A stretch of DNA of 64,000 nucleotides from Eubacteriales bacterium (GTDB taxonomy: Bacteria > Bacillota > Clostridia > Oscillospirales > CAG-382). The stretch covers positions 5,339 through 69,338 of the forward strand of contig JAQVPJ010000009.1 in NCBI GenBank assembly GCA_028702135.1. The letters run 5' to 3'. Under the pieces are notes generated by a model. The model made no database searches, was not told the DNA's origin, and saw only the letters and a list, made by a program, of their open reading frames with translations. How positions within the stretch are numbered: the first letter of the stretch is position 1; every line of letters starts with the position of its first letter. The translations under genes were made by a program, and so were the position numbers. Below are positions 38,819 to 48,309 of the stretch, in pieces.

Positions 38819-38939
38819 CTCCCTATAATTATCTGCATATTAGGTAAAAATATCAATTTTTTATAACAAACGCATTATTGCGTTTCCAAACCCAATATGA
38901 TAGAATGCAGTAGAATTATTTTATGAGGAATGTACCGAT

Positions 38940-40028
38940 ATGTTTATTAAAAACATCGAGCTGCTAAAGCAGATTATACCATTGAAAAAGCCTTTTAAAA
39001 CAGCGCTCAGACAAGTAGAATTTCTTGAATCCTATATCGTCAGGGCAGTCGCCGATAACGGTTGGTGCGGTTACGGAAGTGCGTCTCCCACGGCCGCGAT
39101 AACCGGCGAAACAGATGCTTCCATAATCTGTGCCATAACCGAATATATAAAACCCGCTTTAATCGGTAAAAAGCTTGATTTTTCGCTTATCGACATAATC
39201 ACGGCTTCAATTGCATACAACATGTCTGCAAAAGCCGCGGTAGAAACTGCCCTTTACGATCTATTGTCACAGGAATCGGAAATGCCCCTATACAGGTATC
39301 TCGGAGGAAAAGAGGAAAGATGCTTTAAAAACGATATCACAATAAGCATTAATTCCCCAACCGAAATGGCAACGGATGCAACTGATGCGCTTTCGAGGGG
39401 AATATCGATCATAAAACTAAAGCTCGGCAGTACTTTACAGGAGAATATAGAGCGTATTGACGCTGTCGCCTCCGTAAGTAAAAAAGCTCCGCTGCGGCTT
39501 GACGCAAATCAGAGCTGGAGTATTGAAACAGCTATAAAAATCAGCGACCATTGTGTAGATAAAGGTTATAACATAGAACTTATCGAACAACCATTCAAGC
39601 GGCACGAAACAGAGCTTATGGGAAAATTCAAGAACATAAGCCGGTTCCCTATACTTGGCGATGAGAGCGTATTTGACTCGCATGATGCAAAAAAAATAAC
39701 CGATAACGGTTTTGCCGACTTCATTAATATTAAGCTCGCTAAGTGCGGAGGCATAAAGGAAGCGGGTATAATCAACAGTATTGCGGAAAAAGCGGGTATA
39801 CGCTGTTTGATGGGCTGTATGCTTGAGTCGCCGATAGGTATAATTGCAGCTGCCCATTTCGCTGCCGCTAATAAAAACATAACCATGATAGACCTCGATG
39901 CCACCGAGCTGCTGGAACACAACCCGGTAATCTCTGCGACCACCTTTACTCCCGGCGAAATTTTTGTTGGTAATAGTGGCGTGGGTTTAGGAATTTACGA
40001 TATAGGTCGCACCGAAAGGATTGCATAA
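38940..40028 (+). CDS. Dipeptide epimerase (L-Ala-D/L-Glu epimerase type, enolase superfamily)
   Basis: MR/MLE family layout with metal/acid-base motifs: KLKLG, LRLDANQSW, IEQP, GDES, INIKLAKCGG. Confidence 0.82.
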   Translation: MFIKNIELLKQIIPLKKPFKTALRQVEFLESYIVRAVADNGWCGYGSASPTAAITGETDASIICAITEYIKPALIGKKLDFSLIDIITASIAYNMSAKAAVETALYDLLSQESEMPLYRYLGGKEERCFKNDITISINSPTEMATDATDALSRGISIIKLKLGSTLQENIERIDAVASVSKKAPLRLDANQSWSIETAIKISDHCVDKGYNIELIEQPFKRHETELMGKFKNISRFPILGDESVFDSHDAKKITDNGFADFINIKLAKCGGIKEAGIINSIAEKAGIRCLMGCMLESPIGIIAAAHFAAANKNITMIDLDATELLEHNPVISATTFTPGEIFVGNSGVGLGIYDIGRTERIA

Positions 40029-40029
40029 G

Positions 40030-40767
40030 ATGAACATACGGGACAGAATTCAATCTATAATCGAGACAAATCCTTCGGATATTGGAGTTCTAATCAATAG
40101 CGGTGATACGATAATCTTCGCATACAACGAAAAAAAACCGCTTCGCAGTGCCAGCATTATCAAGCTCTTTGTTCTCTCCTACTATATCGATAAAAACATC
40201 CCAATGGATATGAAGATAAAAACAGATAAATCTGCATATACGCACTTCAGTGTGATAAGCGAGCTCGGTATACGCGAAGCTACAATTTATGAGCTTCTTT
40301 TGCTGATGATTTCTTCGAGTGACAACACTGCTGCAAACATACTGTCATCCCTCGCGGGGCTTGATAAAATAAACGATTATATCTCATCCACGCTTGGGCT
40401 TACTGAAACTTGTATGAACAGGCTAATGCTCGACTTTGAGGCTGCCTTGCGGGGATACGATAATTTTACCACAGCAGCTGACACTGTGTTTATTCTGAAT
40501 CGATTATCAAAGAATCCCGCCGCTATGGATATTTTAAAAAGGCAGAAGGATTTATCGGGTCTGATGCGTTATATTTACAGCGGAGTGGATTTCTACGGAA
40601 AATCGGGCGAGCTTTGTAATGTAAAGAACGATTCTGGTATCTTAAAATCGGAAAGAGGTGTCGCTGTCGCTGCGGTTCTGACCGGTAATATCGATAATAA
40701 AACAGCTGAAAATCTTTGCGGTTTATGCGGTCTACTCGCAATCGGAGCCAATGAAATAATATACTAA
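40030..40767 (+). CDS. Class A beta-lactamase-related serine hydrolase
   Basis: SxxK (SIIK), SDN (SSSDNTAAN) and KSG triad-like motifs. ATG 40030 lies 9 nt after GAAAGGA and 2 nt after the epimerase stop codon. Confidence 0.75.
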   Translation: MNIRDRIQSIIETNPSDIGVLINSGDTIIFAYNEKKPLRSASIIKLFVLSYYIDKNIPMDMKIKTDKSAYTHFSVISELGIREATIYELLLLMISSSDNTAANILSSLAGLDKINDYISSTLGLTETCMNRLMLDFEAALRGYDNFTTAADTVFILNRLSKNPAAMDILKRQKDLSGLMRYIYSGVDFYGKSGELCNVKNDSGILKSERGVAVAAVLTGNIDNKTAENLCGLCGLLAIGANEIIY

Positions 40768-40801
40768 AAAAAGCGTACCGGGAAATCCGATACGCTTTTT
40801 C
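40766..40801. terminator. Bidirectional intrinsic terminator
   Basis: AAAAAAGCGTA-loop-TACGCTTTTT between convergent genes. Confidence 0.7.
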
Positions 40802-40817
40802 ATATTATAATATTCTA

Positions 40818-41855
40818 TTACAATCTTGTCGCACTGTTTACGGCAAAATCCTTTGAAAACACGCTTAAGTTTGCGAAAAGGTCTTTGTTTACACTGTAAA
40901 GTACGGTTCTTCCCCTGTTCCTTGTATTCAAAATCTTCGCTTCGGCAAGCATATTAAGGTGATAGAACACCGCCGTAAGCCCTTTACCGAAAGCGTTGGC
41001 AATTTCGGTCGTGTTCATCTCACCTTTTTCTTTTATCATGTTGATAATGCTGATTCTAAGGGTATCAGCAAGCGCTTTTGCCACGATAAACATATCGAAT
41101 GCTCTTGAACCGAGCATCTCCTGCAGCTTGTCAGTCGTACCGTAGCCAATTACAAGACAGCGTGTGTCTCCTTCACCAAAGACTGCCGCCATCTTATTCT
41201 CGGTCGCGGAAACCGAAAAGTAAGCAATATTTTCGGAGTCTGTTTTTATGTTAAGCGCGTTAAGGATTTCTGTTCTTACAATTTCCGATTCGAGCAGTCG
41301 CAAAACATATTCGATTTTTATCCTTACCTTCTGGTAGTGCTTTTCCACAAGAAGGAGCTTACTGTTCAGTTCGTTTATTAAGAGCTCATTAAAATAGCTC
41401 TTGTTCATACTGTAAAGTACGATCATGAGTTTGACTTTGTCAGGTACATCAATGTTCTTTATAAGCTTATATACCTGTTCGGGCGAAAGGGATTCCGAAT
41501 CATCAATTGATTCGCACTTTAAATAATAACTCAAAACTCTGCCGAACAGACCGGGAGCTTTTATTGATGAAAGAGCTGTTTCGATATTATTTTCATTTGA
41601 AAAAATGTTACTGTTAGCAATCAGAAAATTTTCGGAAATAAACCCAGATAAACCGTCAGGTGAGTAGAAGAATAAAAGCAGATCTTCATCAATTGTTTCA
41701 CCGTTAAGAACCGAAAAATGAGTTTTCTCATAATCCTCCGGATCCTCGATAACTTTCTCCAATGATGATTTGTTGAAATGGTAATTGAATAATCTGACGA
41801 GGTCATAAATCTGCCCGGGAATTTTCACGTATTTCATCTTCGCCAATCCTTCCAT
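40818..41855 (-). CDS. ArsR-type winged-helix regulator with a large N-terminal domain of unknown function
   Basis: C-terminal ArsR/SmtB HTH (MNTTEIANAFGKGLTAVFYHLNMLAEAKILNTRNRGRTVLYSV). The roughly 260 N-terminal residues match no family I recognise. Confidence 0.7.
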   Translation of the reverse strand: MEGLAKMKYVKIPGQIYDLVRLFNYHFNKSSLEKVIEDPEDYEKTHFSVLNGETIDEDLLLFFYSPDGLSGFISENFLIANSNIFSNENNIETALSSIKAPGLFGRVLSYYLKCESIDDSESLSPEQVYKLIKNIDVPDKVKLMIVLYSMNKSYFNELLINELNSKLLLVEKHYQKVRIKIEYVLRLLESEIVRTEILNALNIKTDSENIAYFSVSATENKMAAVFGEGDTRCLVIGYGTTDKLQEMLGSRAFDMFIVAKALADTLRISIINMIKEKGEMNTTEIANAFGKGLTAVFYHLNMLAEAKILNTRNRGRTVLYSVNKDLFANLSVFSKDFAVNSATRL

Positions 41856-42337
41856 ATTAATCTTATTTAATTACCATGCTTTTTTATATACAATTTTGCA
41901 ACTTACCGGCAAATTGTAAAGCAGAGTAATTATTTACTTAATGAGTATATCATATTTATTTTTATTTGTCAACATTTATTGAATAATATTAGTTATTTAT
42001 TTTTATTTGTTTTTATATTTGAAATATTTGTGGCATATTTTACGTTATCTATTCATATATCTCACAATTATTTATAATTTAATTTATATAATTTGTATAT
42101 TATTACATTTTTTTGAATATTTATAGTTAAATACAAATAGTTAAACCTTTGTTGTAGTCGCCTTTTGCTTTAGTATAATACCCTGCCAACTATAATAATA
42201 TTCAAACTTGGGTTTTTTATACATTGAAATTATCAATGATTTTCTTCCGCTTGATTTGTATTTTTTTTGTTCTACACCGGATATTGAGTTGAGCTAATAA
42301 AACAAAAAAGATAAAAACCTTGAGTATGCTTTTAAAC

Positions 42338-42367
42338 TTGACGGATCTGCTCGAAAAGTGCTATAAT
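42338..42367 (+). promoter_or_regulatory. Sigma-A promoter for the ABC exporter operon
   Basis: TTGACG (42338-42343), 18-nt spacer ending in TGC, then TATAAT (42362-42367). Confidence 0.5.
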
Positions 42368-42423
42368 CAGCTTGAGCCCTAATAGCTTAAGGTTCTTTTA
42401 TTCACTATACACCGGAGGAAGCT

Positions 42424-44154
42424 ATGAAGATTTTATTGAGAATAAGCAGGGAGGCTGTAAAATACCGAAAGCAGTATATAATTGCAATATTATCGACCTT
42501 TACGATTACTTTAATAAATCTTGCCGCTCCCAGAATACTCTCAAATCTAACCGATACCCTCGGCTCGCTTAACAACATGGACACACCCCATATAATTTTA
42601 AAGCTCGCAGTTTTACTGATTATTCTATATGTATTGAGAACCGCATTCAGGTTTATGACCAGTTATCTCTCTCATCGCGCCGCATGGAAGCTTGTCGGAG
42701 ATGTGCGCGTGAAGCTTTACGATAAAATACAGAACCTCTCTATGAGCTTTTTTCATGACAAGCAGACCGGCGAGCTAATGAGCTGTGTTATAAACGATAC
42801 CGCTACTCTGGAAACGCTGTATGCGCATGTAATTCCGGAGCTTATAACGGGGTTTATCACTTTTTTCGGGGTTATGGTCATACTTCTGATGATAAACGTC
42901 AAGCTGACGCTGCTTACCTGTATACCCATGCCATTTATAATGACGATAGGGTTAATTTTTGTATACAAGATAAAACCGAAATTCAGAAAGGCTCGTGCTG
43001 AGCTTGCGGAATTCAACGCAAAGTTGCAAGATAACTTTTCCGGTATCCATGAAATACAGGCGTTCGGACAAGAGGACTATGAGGAGAAAAAAATAAACGA
43101 GCAGTCCGCTCATTATACCGAAACAAACCTGAACGCTTTAAAATACAGCGCATTTTTTCATCCTACAATCGAATTTTTTTCCTCTGTCGGCACGGTAATC
43201 GTTGTCGGAATCGGCGGAATGCTCGCCTATAATAATTCGATGTCGGTTTCGGATATAGTGGCATTTCTTCTCTATCTTTCGCTGTTTTATGCCCCGGTCG
43301 CAAGCTTTGCCCGTCTGCTTGAGGATACTCAGATGTCCCTTGCGGGTGCAGAGCGTATAATATCGATATTAGATACAAAGTCGGAAATTACCGATTCGGA
43401 AAATGCTGTTGATATTGGCAGGGTGGAGGGAAAAATAGAATTTCGTTCGGTTGATTTCAGCTATAAAAACGGTATACCGGTGCTTAAAAACATAAGCTTT
43501 ACCTGTGAAGCAGGGAATACGATTGCACTCGTCGGACCGACCGGTGTAGGGAAAACAACCCTCGCACAGCTTATTGCACGATTTTATGATCCGACTTCGG
43601 GACAAATTCTTGTTGACGGGCACGATATAAAGAGCATAACCATAGACAGCCTTAGGCGGAATATAGCCCCAGTATTGCAGGACACCTTCCTTTTTAACGG
43701 TACTGTTGCCGAAAACATCGGTTATGCGGACAGGGACACAAAAATGGAGGAAATAATTAACGCTGCAAAAGCGGCGAGGATTCACGACGATATTATGCTT
43801 ATGCCTGAGAGATACGAAACAAAGGTCGGGGAACGAGGTATGAGGCTTTCGGGCGGACAGAAACAGCGTATTGCGATAGCGAGGGCTATCCTGCGCAAAG
43901 CTCCGATTATTATTTTGGACGAGGCTACCGCTTCTGTTGATATGGAAACCGAAAAGGAAATACAGGAAGCTATCTCCGAGCTTGCAGGAACACGTACCGT
44001 AGTTGCAATTGCACACCGTTTGTCCACAATTAAGCGTGCGGATATAATTCTTGTTTTAGAAGAAGGTAAAATCGTTCAGCAGGGTAAGCACAGTGAGTTG
44101 ATCAAACAGGAGGGCTTGTACTCAAGGCTCAGCAATGCTAACAAAAGCGATTGA
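42424..44154 (+). CDS. ABC exporter, fused permease/ATPase (type I exporter, MsbA-like)
   Basis: Six N-terminal TM helices, Walker A (GPTGVGKTT), signature (LSGGQKQR) and Walker B (IIILDEATS). GGAGGAAGCT RBS. Confidence 0.9.
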   Translation: MKILLRISREAVKYRKQYIIAILSTFTITLINLAAPRILSNLTDTLGSLNNMDTPHIILKLAVLLIILYVLRTAFRFMTSYLSHRAAWKLVGDVRVKLYDKIQNLSMSFFHDKQTGELMSCVINDTATLETLYAHVIPELITGFITFFGVMVILLMINVKLTLLTCIPMPFIMTIGLIFVYKIKPKFRKARAELAEFNAKLQDNFSGIHEIQAFGQEDYEEKKINEQSAHYTETNLNALKYSAFFHPTIEFFSSVGTVIVVGIGGMLAYNNSMSVSDIVAFLLYLSLFYAPVASFARLLEDTQMSLAGAERIISILDTKSEITDSENAVDIGRVEGKIEFRSVDFSYKNGIPVLKNISFTCEAGNTIALVGPTGVGKTTLAQLIARFYDPTSGQILVDGHDIKSITIDSLRRNIAPVLQDTFLFNGTVAENIGYADRDTKMEEIINAAKAARIHDDIMLMPERYETKVGERGMRLSGGQKQRIAIARAILRKAPIIILDEATASVDMETEKEIQEAISELAGTRTVVAIAHRLSTIKRADIILVLEEGKIVQQGKHSELIKQEGLYSRLSNANKSD

Positions 44155-44194
44155 AAACGCAGCGGAGGGTTACCCGCCGCAGAAAGAGCTGTAA

Positions 44195-45367
44195 ATGAGC
44201 AATACGGATTTTAAACTGCATTCGGAATATCTGATTAAGCTACTGCGAGCTGCTTTGAACAGCGAGTGTATTTCGGTTATGCCCGACGAAATCCCGGCAA
44301 AAATTGATATGAAAAAGATATTTTATCTTGCAAAGCTACATTCGGTAGCCCCTGCCGTATATCCGGTTATTAAGGATTCACCGCTGCCTGCTGCAAGACT
44401 GTTTGAGGAGGAATATAAAAGGTCCTGGCGTAAAAATGCCATACAATATATCGAGTTAAGTAATATTTTAAGTAAAACCGATGAATTTTCCATCAACTGC
44501 ATCCCTTTAAAGGGCAGCGTATTGAAATACCTGTATCCCTCTCCTGAGATGAGGACGATGGCTGATATAGATTTTCTGTACGACGGCAGAAAAACAAGCG
44601 ATATTCTTCTCATCATGTACGCACTCGGTTATACAGCAAACCCGGATTCGCCAAATCACCATACCTTTTACAAAGAACCTGTTATGAACGTGGAGTTCCA
44701 CGAGAATCTGTTTAAAAAAGATAATGACTTTACCGAATTCTTTAACCCCGGATGGCGTTATTCAAAGCAAACAGGCAAAGATAAGCCACTCAGGGAGCTT
44801 ACCGACGAAGGGTTTTATATATATCTTGTAGCGCATACCGCTCAGCATTTTCACAATGGCGGTGCTGGCATCCGCAACGTCATGGATGTATGGGTGTATC
44901 TTAAAAAATATAAAGACACCTTAGACTGGAAATACATAGATTTGGAATTCAGGCGTGCTGGTATCTATAATTTTGCCGAAAACCTTAAAGACCTTGCAGA
45001 TATCTGGTTCGGCTCAAGCAAAGCATCGCCACTGCTTGACGAATTCGGCGACTATATAATCAGAAGCGGCACTTATGGAACTCGGGCAAATCAAATCAAT
45101 AACACCCTTTGCAAGGAGGGCAGGTTAAGCACAAATAAGCTGAGAGTTATATTCAGGACTATTTTCCCTCCCTATGAAATTATAAAAAGCAAATACCCAA
45201 ATGCAGGAAAATATCCGTTTCTTCTGCCCATATACTGGATAAAAAATGATTTAAACGCACTGATAAACCGCAAGCAGGATATTAAATACTGGATAAGAAC
45301 CATATCAAAAGCGAATGAAAAAAAGATTAAGGACCATAGCGAATTTATGAAAAATTGTGGGCTATAA
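44195..45367 (+). CDS. Uncharacterised nucleotidyltransferase family protein (NTP_transf_5 / PF14907-like)
   Basis: PLKGSVLKYLYPSPEMRTMADIDFLYD motif and a downstream histidine-rich helical part typical of this family. Confidence 0.7.
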   Translation: MSNTDFKLHSEYLIKLLRAALNSECISVMPDEIPAKIDMKKIFYLAKLHSVAPAVYPVIKDSPLPAARLFEEEYKRSWRKNAIQYIELSNILSKTDEFSINCIPLKGSVLKYLYPSPEMRTMADIDFLYDGRKTSDILLIMYALGYTANPDSPNHHTFYKEPVMNVEFHENLFKKDNDFTEFFNPGWRYSKQTGKDKPLRELTDEGFYIYLVAHTAQHFHNGGAGIRNVMDVWVYLKKYKDTLDWKYIDLEFRRAGIYNFAENLKDLADIWFGSSKASPLLDEFGDYIIRSGTYGTRANQINNTLCKEGRLSTNKLRVIFRTIFPPYEIIKSKYPNAGKYPFLLPIYWIKNDLNALINRKQDIKYWIRTISKANEKKIKDHSEFMKNCGL

Positions 45368-45400
45368 AAAACCGTACCTATCATGTGGTACGGTTTTTTT
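45366..45400. terminator. Bidirectional intrinsic terminator
   Basis: AAAAAACCGTACC-loop-GGTACGGTTTTTTT between convergent genes. Confidence 0.8.
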
Positions 45401-45401
45401 A

Positions 45402-47243
45402 TTATGAGGATATATAGCCTGTGTATGTAGGAACTATATCCGCTATCAGCTTTTTTATATCACAATTCTCATCTTTTAGCGCATTGCGCAGATTCTCAAG
45501 CTTTGAAAACAGCTCCTCGGCATTCACTTCAATCGGTTTTCCTATAAAAATCAGTTCGTTTTGGGTTGACTGAATACCCTCCTCCTCCATCAACAGTTCC
45601 TCGTACAGCTTTTCTCCCGGCCGCAGACCGGTAAATTTAATTTCTATGTCCTCATACGGCTTGAATCCCGAGAGCTTTATCATGTTTTCTGCCAAATCGA
45701 GTATTTTCACGGGCTGCCCCATATCAAGAATAAATATCTCCCCGCCCTTGGCTATAGCTCCCGCTTCAATAACAAGGCTGACCGCCTCGGAAATAGTCAT
45801 AAAATAACGGATTATCTCAGGATCCATGACAGTAACCGGACCGCCCTCGCTTATCTGCTGTTTAAACAGCGGAACAACGCTGCCGTTGCTGCCCAATACA
45901 TTTCCGAACCGTACCGCAACATATTCGGTATCTGAAAGCCTGTCGAAAGCCTGCACGATCATCTCGCAGATGCGTTTTGTCGCTCCCATCACATTCGTCG
46001 GATTTACCGCTTTGTCGGTTGAAATAAGCACAAACCTGTCTGCAGAGTATTTATCCGCCGACCTCGCTATTGCCAAAGTACCGAAAACATTGTTCTTTAC
46101 AGCCTCGTTTGGACTTGATTCCATTAGAGGTACATGCTTGTGTGCCGCAGCATGATATACTATATTCGGGCGGTATTTTGCAAAAATGGAGTCAACGCGG
46201 TTTTCATCCCTTACCGAACCGATAAGCACTACAAGATCTATATTAGGATATTTCCTTTTAAGCTCGTTTTGTATCTCGTATGCGTTGTTTTCATAAATGT
46301 CAAAAATAATTAGCTGCTTTGGGCTATGCGCCGCTATCTGACGGCATAACTCTTTTCCGATAGAACCTCCGCCACCTGTAACAAGGATTGTCTTACCCCT
46401 TAAATATCCTGCCACAGCCTCCAAGTCTACTACGATCGGAGGGCGTCCGAGGAGGTCCTCGATTTCAACGGACCTTACATTGCTTGCGTCGATTTTTCCG
46501 TTTACAATCTGAAAAATGCTCGGAAGAGTCTTGAGTTTGCATTTGGTTTCCTTGCATATATTCAGTATTTCAGCTCTGTCCGCGTTGGTCGCTGTTGGAA
46601 TAGCGTATATAATCTCATCAACCTTGTATTTTTTAACCGCGTCGGCGATGTCTTTTCTGGTTCCTACCACCTTGACGCCATGCAGTCTGCTACCTGTCTT
46701 CGAGTCGTCGTCATCGATAACGCAAACAACCCTGCAATTCCAGAATTTATCGCTCGAAAATATATCACGAATAAGAAGGTTGCCCGCTCTGCCCGCTCCG
46801 ATTATCATGATACGCTTTTCGGGAGAGTTATGACTGACATATCCTCTTTTGATGGTCCTTATCACCCGGTAAAAAAACCGCGGTATTATCGTCATACATA
46901 AGAGTAGTAAGAAGTAAATAATATAATAGGTCTCCGGCTGTGAGCCGTTGAAAATACTGTTGCCCGTAAAATAAAAGAGGCTTGAAATAAAGCTTGCGAT
47001 AATAACCTTTCCCGCTTCGTGAATACTTGCAAATTCCCAGATACTCCTATAAAGCCCCAATAAATAATAAACAGCGATTGTTATAATAACATTAACGGGC
47101 AGATATGAATTTATATCACCCCTTAGTTCCTCCCCTGTTGCTAAAGAAAACTCAAACCCGAGTACCAGAGCGACATATGAAGCCGAAAGGATAATCATAA
47201 TATCACACAACAGTAATAGAGCAACTTTTATGAATTTTTTCAA
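45402..47243 (-). CDS. Polysaccharide biosynthesis protein CapD/PglF/WbpM type (membrane-bound NDP-sugar 4,6-dehydratase)
   Basis: Four N-terminal TM helices, two Rossmann motifs (IIGAGRAG, VTGGGGSIG), and an SDR extended-family YxxxK region. TTG start behind AAGAGGA. Confidence 0.88.
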   Translation of the reverse strand: MKKFIKVALLLLCDIMIILSASYVALVLGFEFSLATGEELRGDINSYLPVNVIITIAVYYLLGLYRSIWEFASIHEAGKVIIASFISSLFYFTGNSIFNGSQPETYYIIYFLLLLCMTIIPRFFYRVIRTIKRGYVSHNSPEKRIMIIGAGRAGNLLIRDIFSSDKFWNCRVVCVIDDDDSKTGSRLHGVKVVGTRKDIADAVKKYKVDEIIYAIPTATNADRAEILNICKETKCKLKTLPSIFQIVNGKIDASNVRSVEIEDLLGRPPIVVDLEAVAGYLRGKTILVTGGGGSIGKELCRQIAAHSPKQLIIFDIYENNAYEIQNELKRKYPNIDLVVLIGSVRDENRVDSIFAKYRPNIVYHAAAHKHVPLMESSPNEAVKNNVFGTLAIARSADKYSADRFVLISTDKAVNPTNVMGATKRICEMIVQAFDRLSDTEYVAVRFGNVLGSNGSVVPLFKQQISEGGPVTVMDPEIIRYFMTISEAVSLVIEAGAIAKGGEIFILDMGQPVKILDLAENMIKLSGFKPYEDIEIKFTGLRPGEKLYEELLMEEEGIQSTQNELIFIGKPIEVNAEELFSKLENLRNALKDENCDIKKLIADIVPTYTGYISS

Positions 47244-47445
47244 TACGAATACATCCTCTTGTTAATAATGATTTCCTGCTTAGTAATACTAACACAATTA
47301 CTATGTTGTAACAATAGTCATTTCGCTGATATTTTTGCCTTATATTTTTTGTTTTTGTAAATATCCCGAAAATCCTATGGAGAATTGCCGGTTATACGTC
47401 GATTAAGTCAGATGTATACTGATTCCGGCAATATTTTACTACATT

Positions 47446-48078
47446 TTAACGGCGAAATTTGGCGAAGCAGGGGTTGTGCTCCCTTTCGTCCGAAAGCGTC
47501 GTTTTTCCCTCATGACCCGGGTAAACGGCATAATCCCCCGGAAGATTATACAGCATTCTCAAAGTGTTGTCCATATCCTCATCGTTCCCGTCAAACGCAG
47601 TTGTGCCGACTCCACCCTTAAAAAGAGTATCCCCGCAGAAAATAATGTCACCAAAAATATAACATACACTTCCCTTTGTATGACCGGGCGTCGGCATTAC
47701 ATAGAACTCAAAATCCTGAACTTTGTATATACCTTCCTTGTCAAAAAGGATATCCGCATTATCAAACGGACGCGGATCAAAAGGCACCATCGTTGAAAAA
47801 ACATCCCGCTCAATAAGGTAATGAGCATCATCCTTATGAATGCACACAACCGTTCTTGCCGTTTTGAGATCTCCGAGTGCAAGTATGTGGTCAAAATGCC
47901 CGTGTGTAAGCAGTATTACGCTACAAGTGGCGTTCAGCCTGAAAAGGGCGTCCTTGATTACGGTCAGATCTCCTCCCGGATCGATAACAATCGCATTACG
48001 ATCGTTTTTCTTTTTCAATATATAGCAGTTGGTATGCAGCTGCCCTACCTCAACCGTTTTAATAATATAGTCACTCAT
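47446..48078 (-). CDS. MBL-fold metallo-hydrolase (glyoxalase II-like)
   Basis: THGHFDHI motif and downstream His/Asp ligands (PGHTKGS, CGDTLF). ATG 48078 sits behind AAAGGA. Confidence 0.88.
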   Translation of the reverse strand: MSDYIIKTVEVGQLHTNCYILKKKNDRNAIVIDPGGDLTVIKDALFRLNATCSVILLTHGHFDHILALGDLKTARTVVCIHKDDAHYLIERDVFSTMVPFDPRPFDNADILFDKEGIYKVQDFEFYVMPTPGHTKGSVCYIFGDIIFCGDTLFKGGVGTTAFDGNDEDMDNTLRMLYNLPGDYAVYPGHEGKTTLSDEREHNPCFAKFRR

Positions 48079-48116
48079 GTCTTTTCCTTTCACTCATGTC
48101 TTTTCCTTTCACTCAT
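48072..48116. repeat. 2.4 tandem copies of a 19-bp unit covering the RBS and start codon of the MBL gene
   Basis: CACTCATGTCTTTTCCTTT occurs at 48072-48090 and 48091-48109, with partial copy CACTCAT at 48110-48116. Confidence 0.9.
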
Positions 48117-48210
48117 AATTTGTGTTACGATTATTTAAGCAGTCTTTTTTATAAAAATCCGAGTATAATTGGTAAATTTAAGGGGCATATTACTACCAGC
48201 CCCGCAACTC

Positions 48211-48309
48211 CTATGCGGAAGTGACAGATAATATAAAGGCAATTACCGCCGGTATTATAATAAGCGCCGCCAATATTAGTGTGATAATTGTTTTTGCTTT
48301 ACTTTTCAT
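48211..48309 (-). CDS. Candidate 32-aa membrane peptide (below the ORF-track size cut-off)
   Basis: MKSKAKTIITLILAALIIIPAVIAFILSVTSA. AGGAA lies 7 nt upstream of the ATG, and TGATATAAT (extended -10) lies about 40 nt upstream. Confidence 0.35.
   Translation of the reverse strand: MKSKAKTIITLILAALIIIPAVIAFILSVTSA

Noticed and set aside
41856-42423. Short ORFs in the AT-rich spacer (for example 13-aa at 41941 and 18-aa at 42236) as bacteriocin/RiPP precursors for the ABC exporter
   Set aside because: None has a Shine-Dalgarno sequence or a leader-peptide-like motif. The codon content simply reflects AT-rich DNA.
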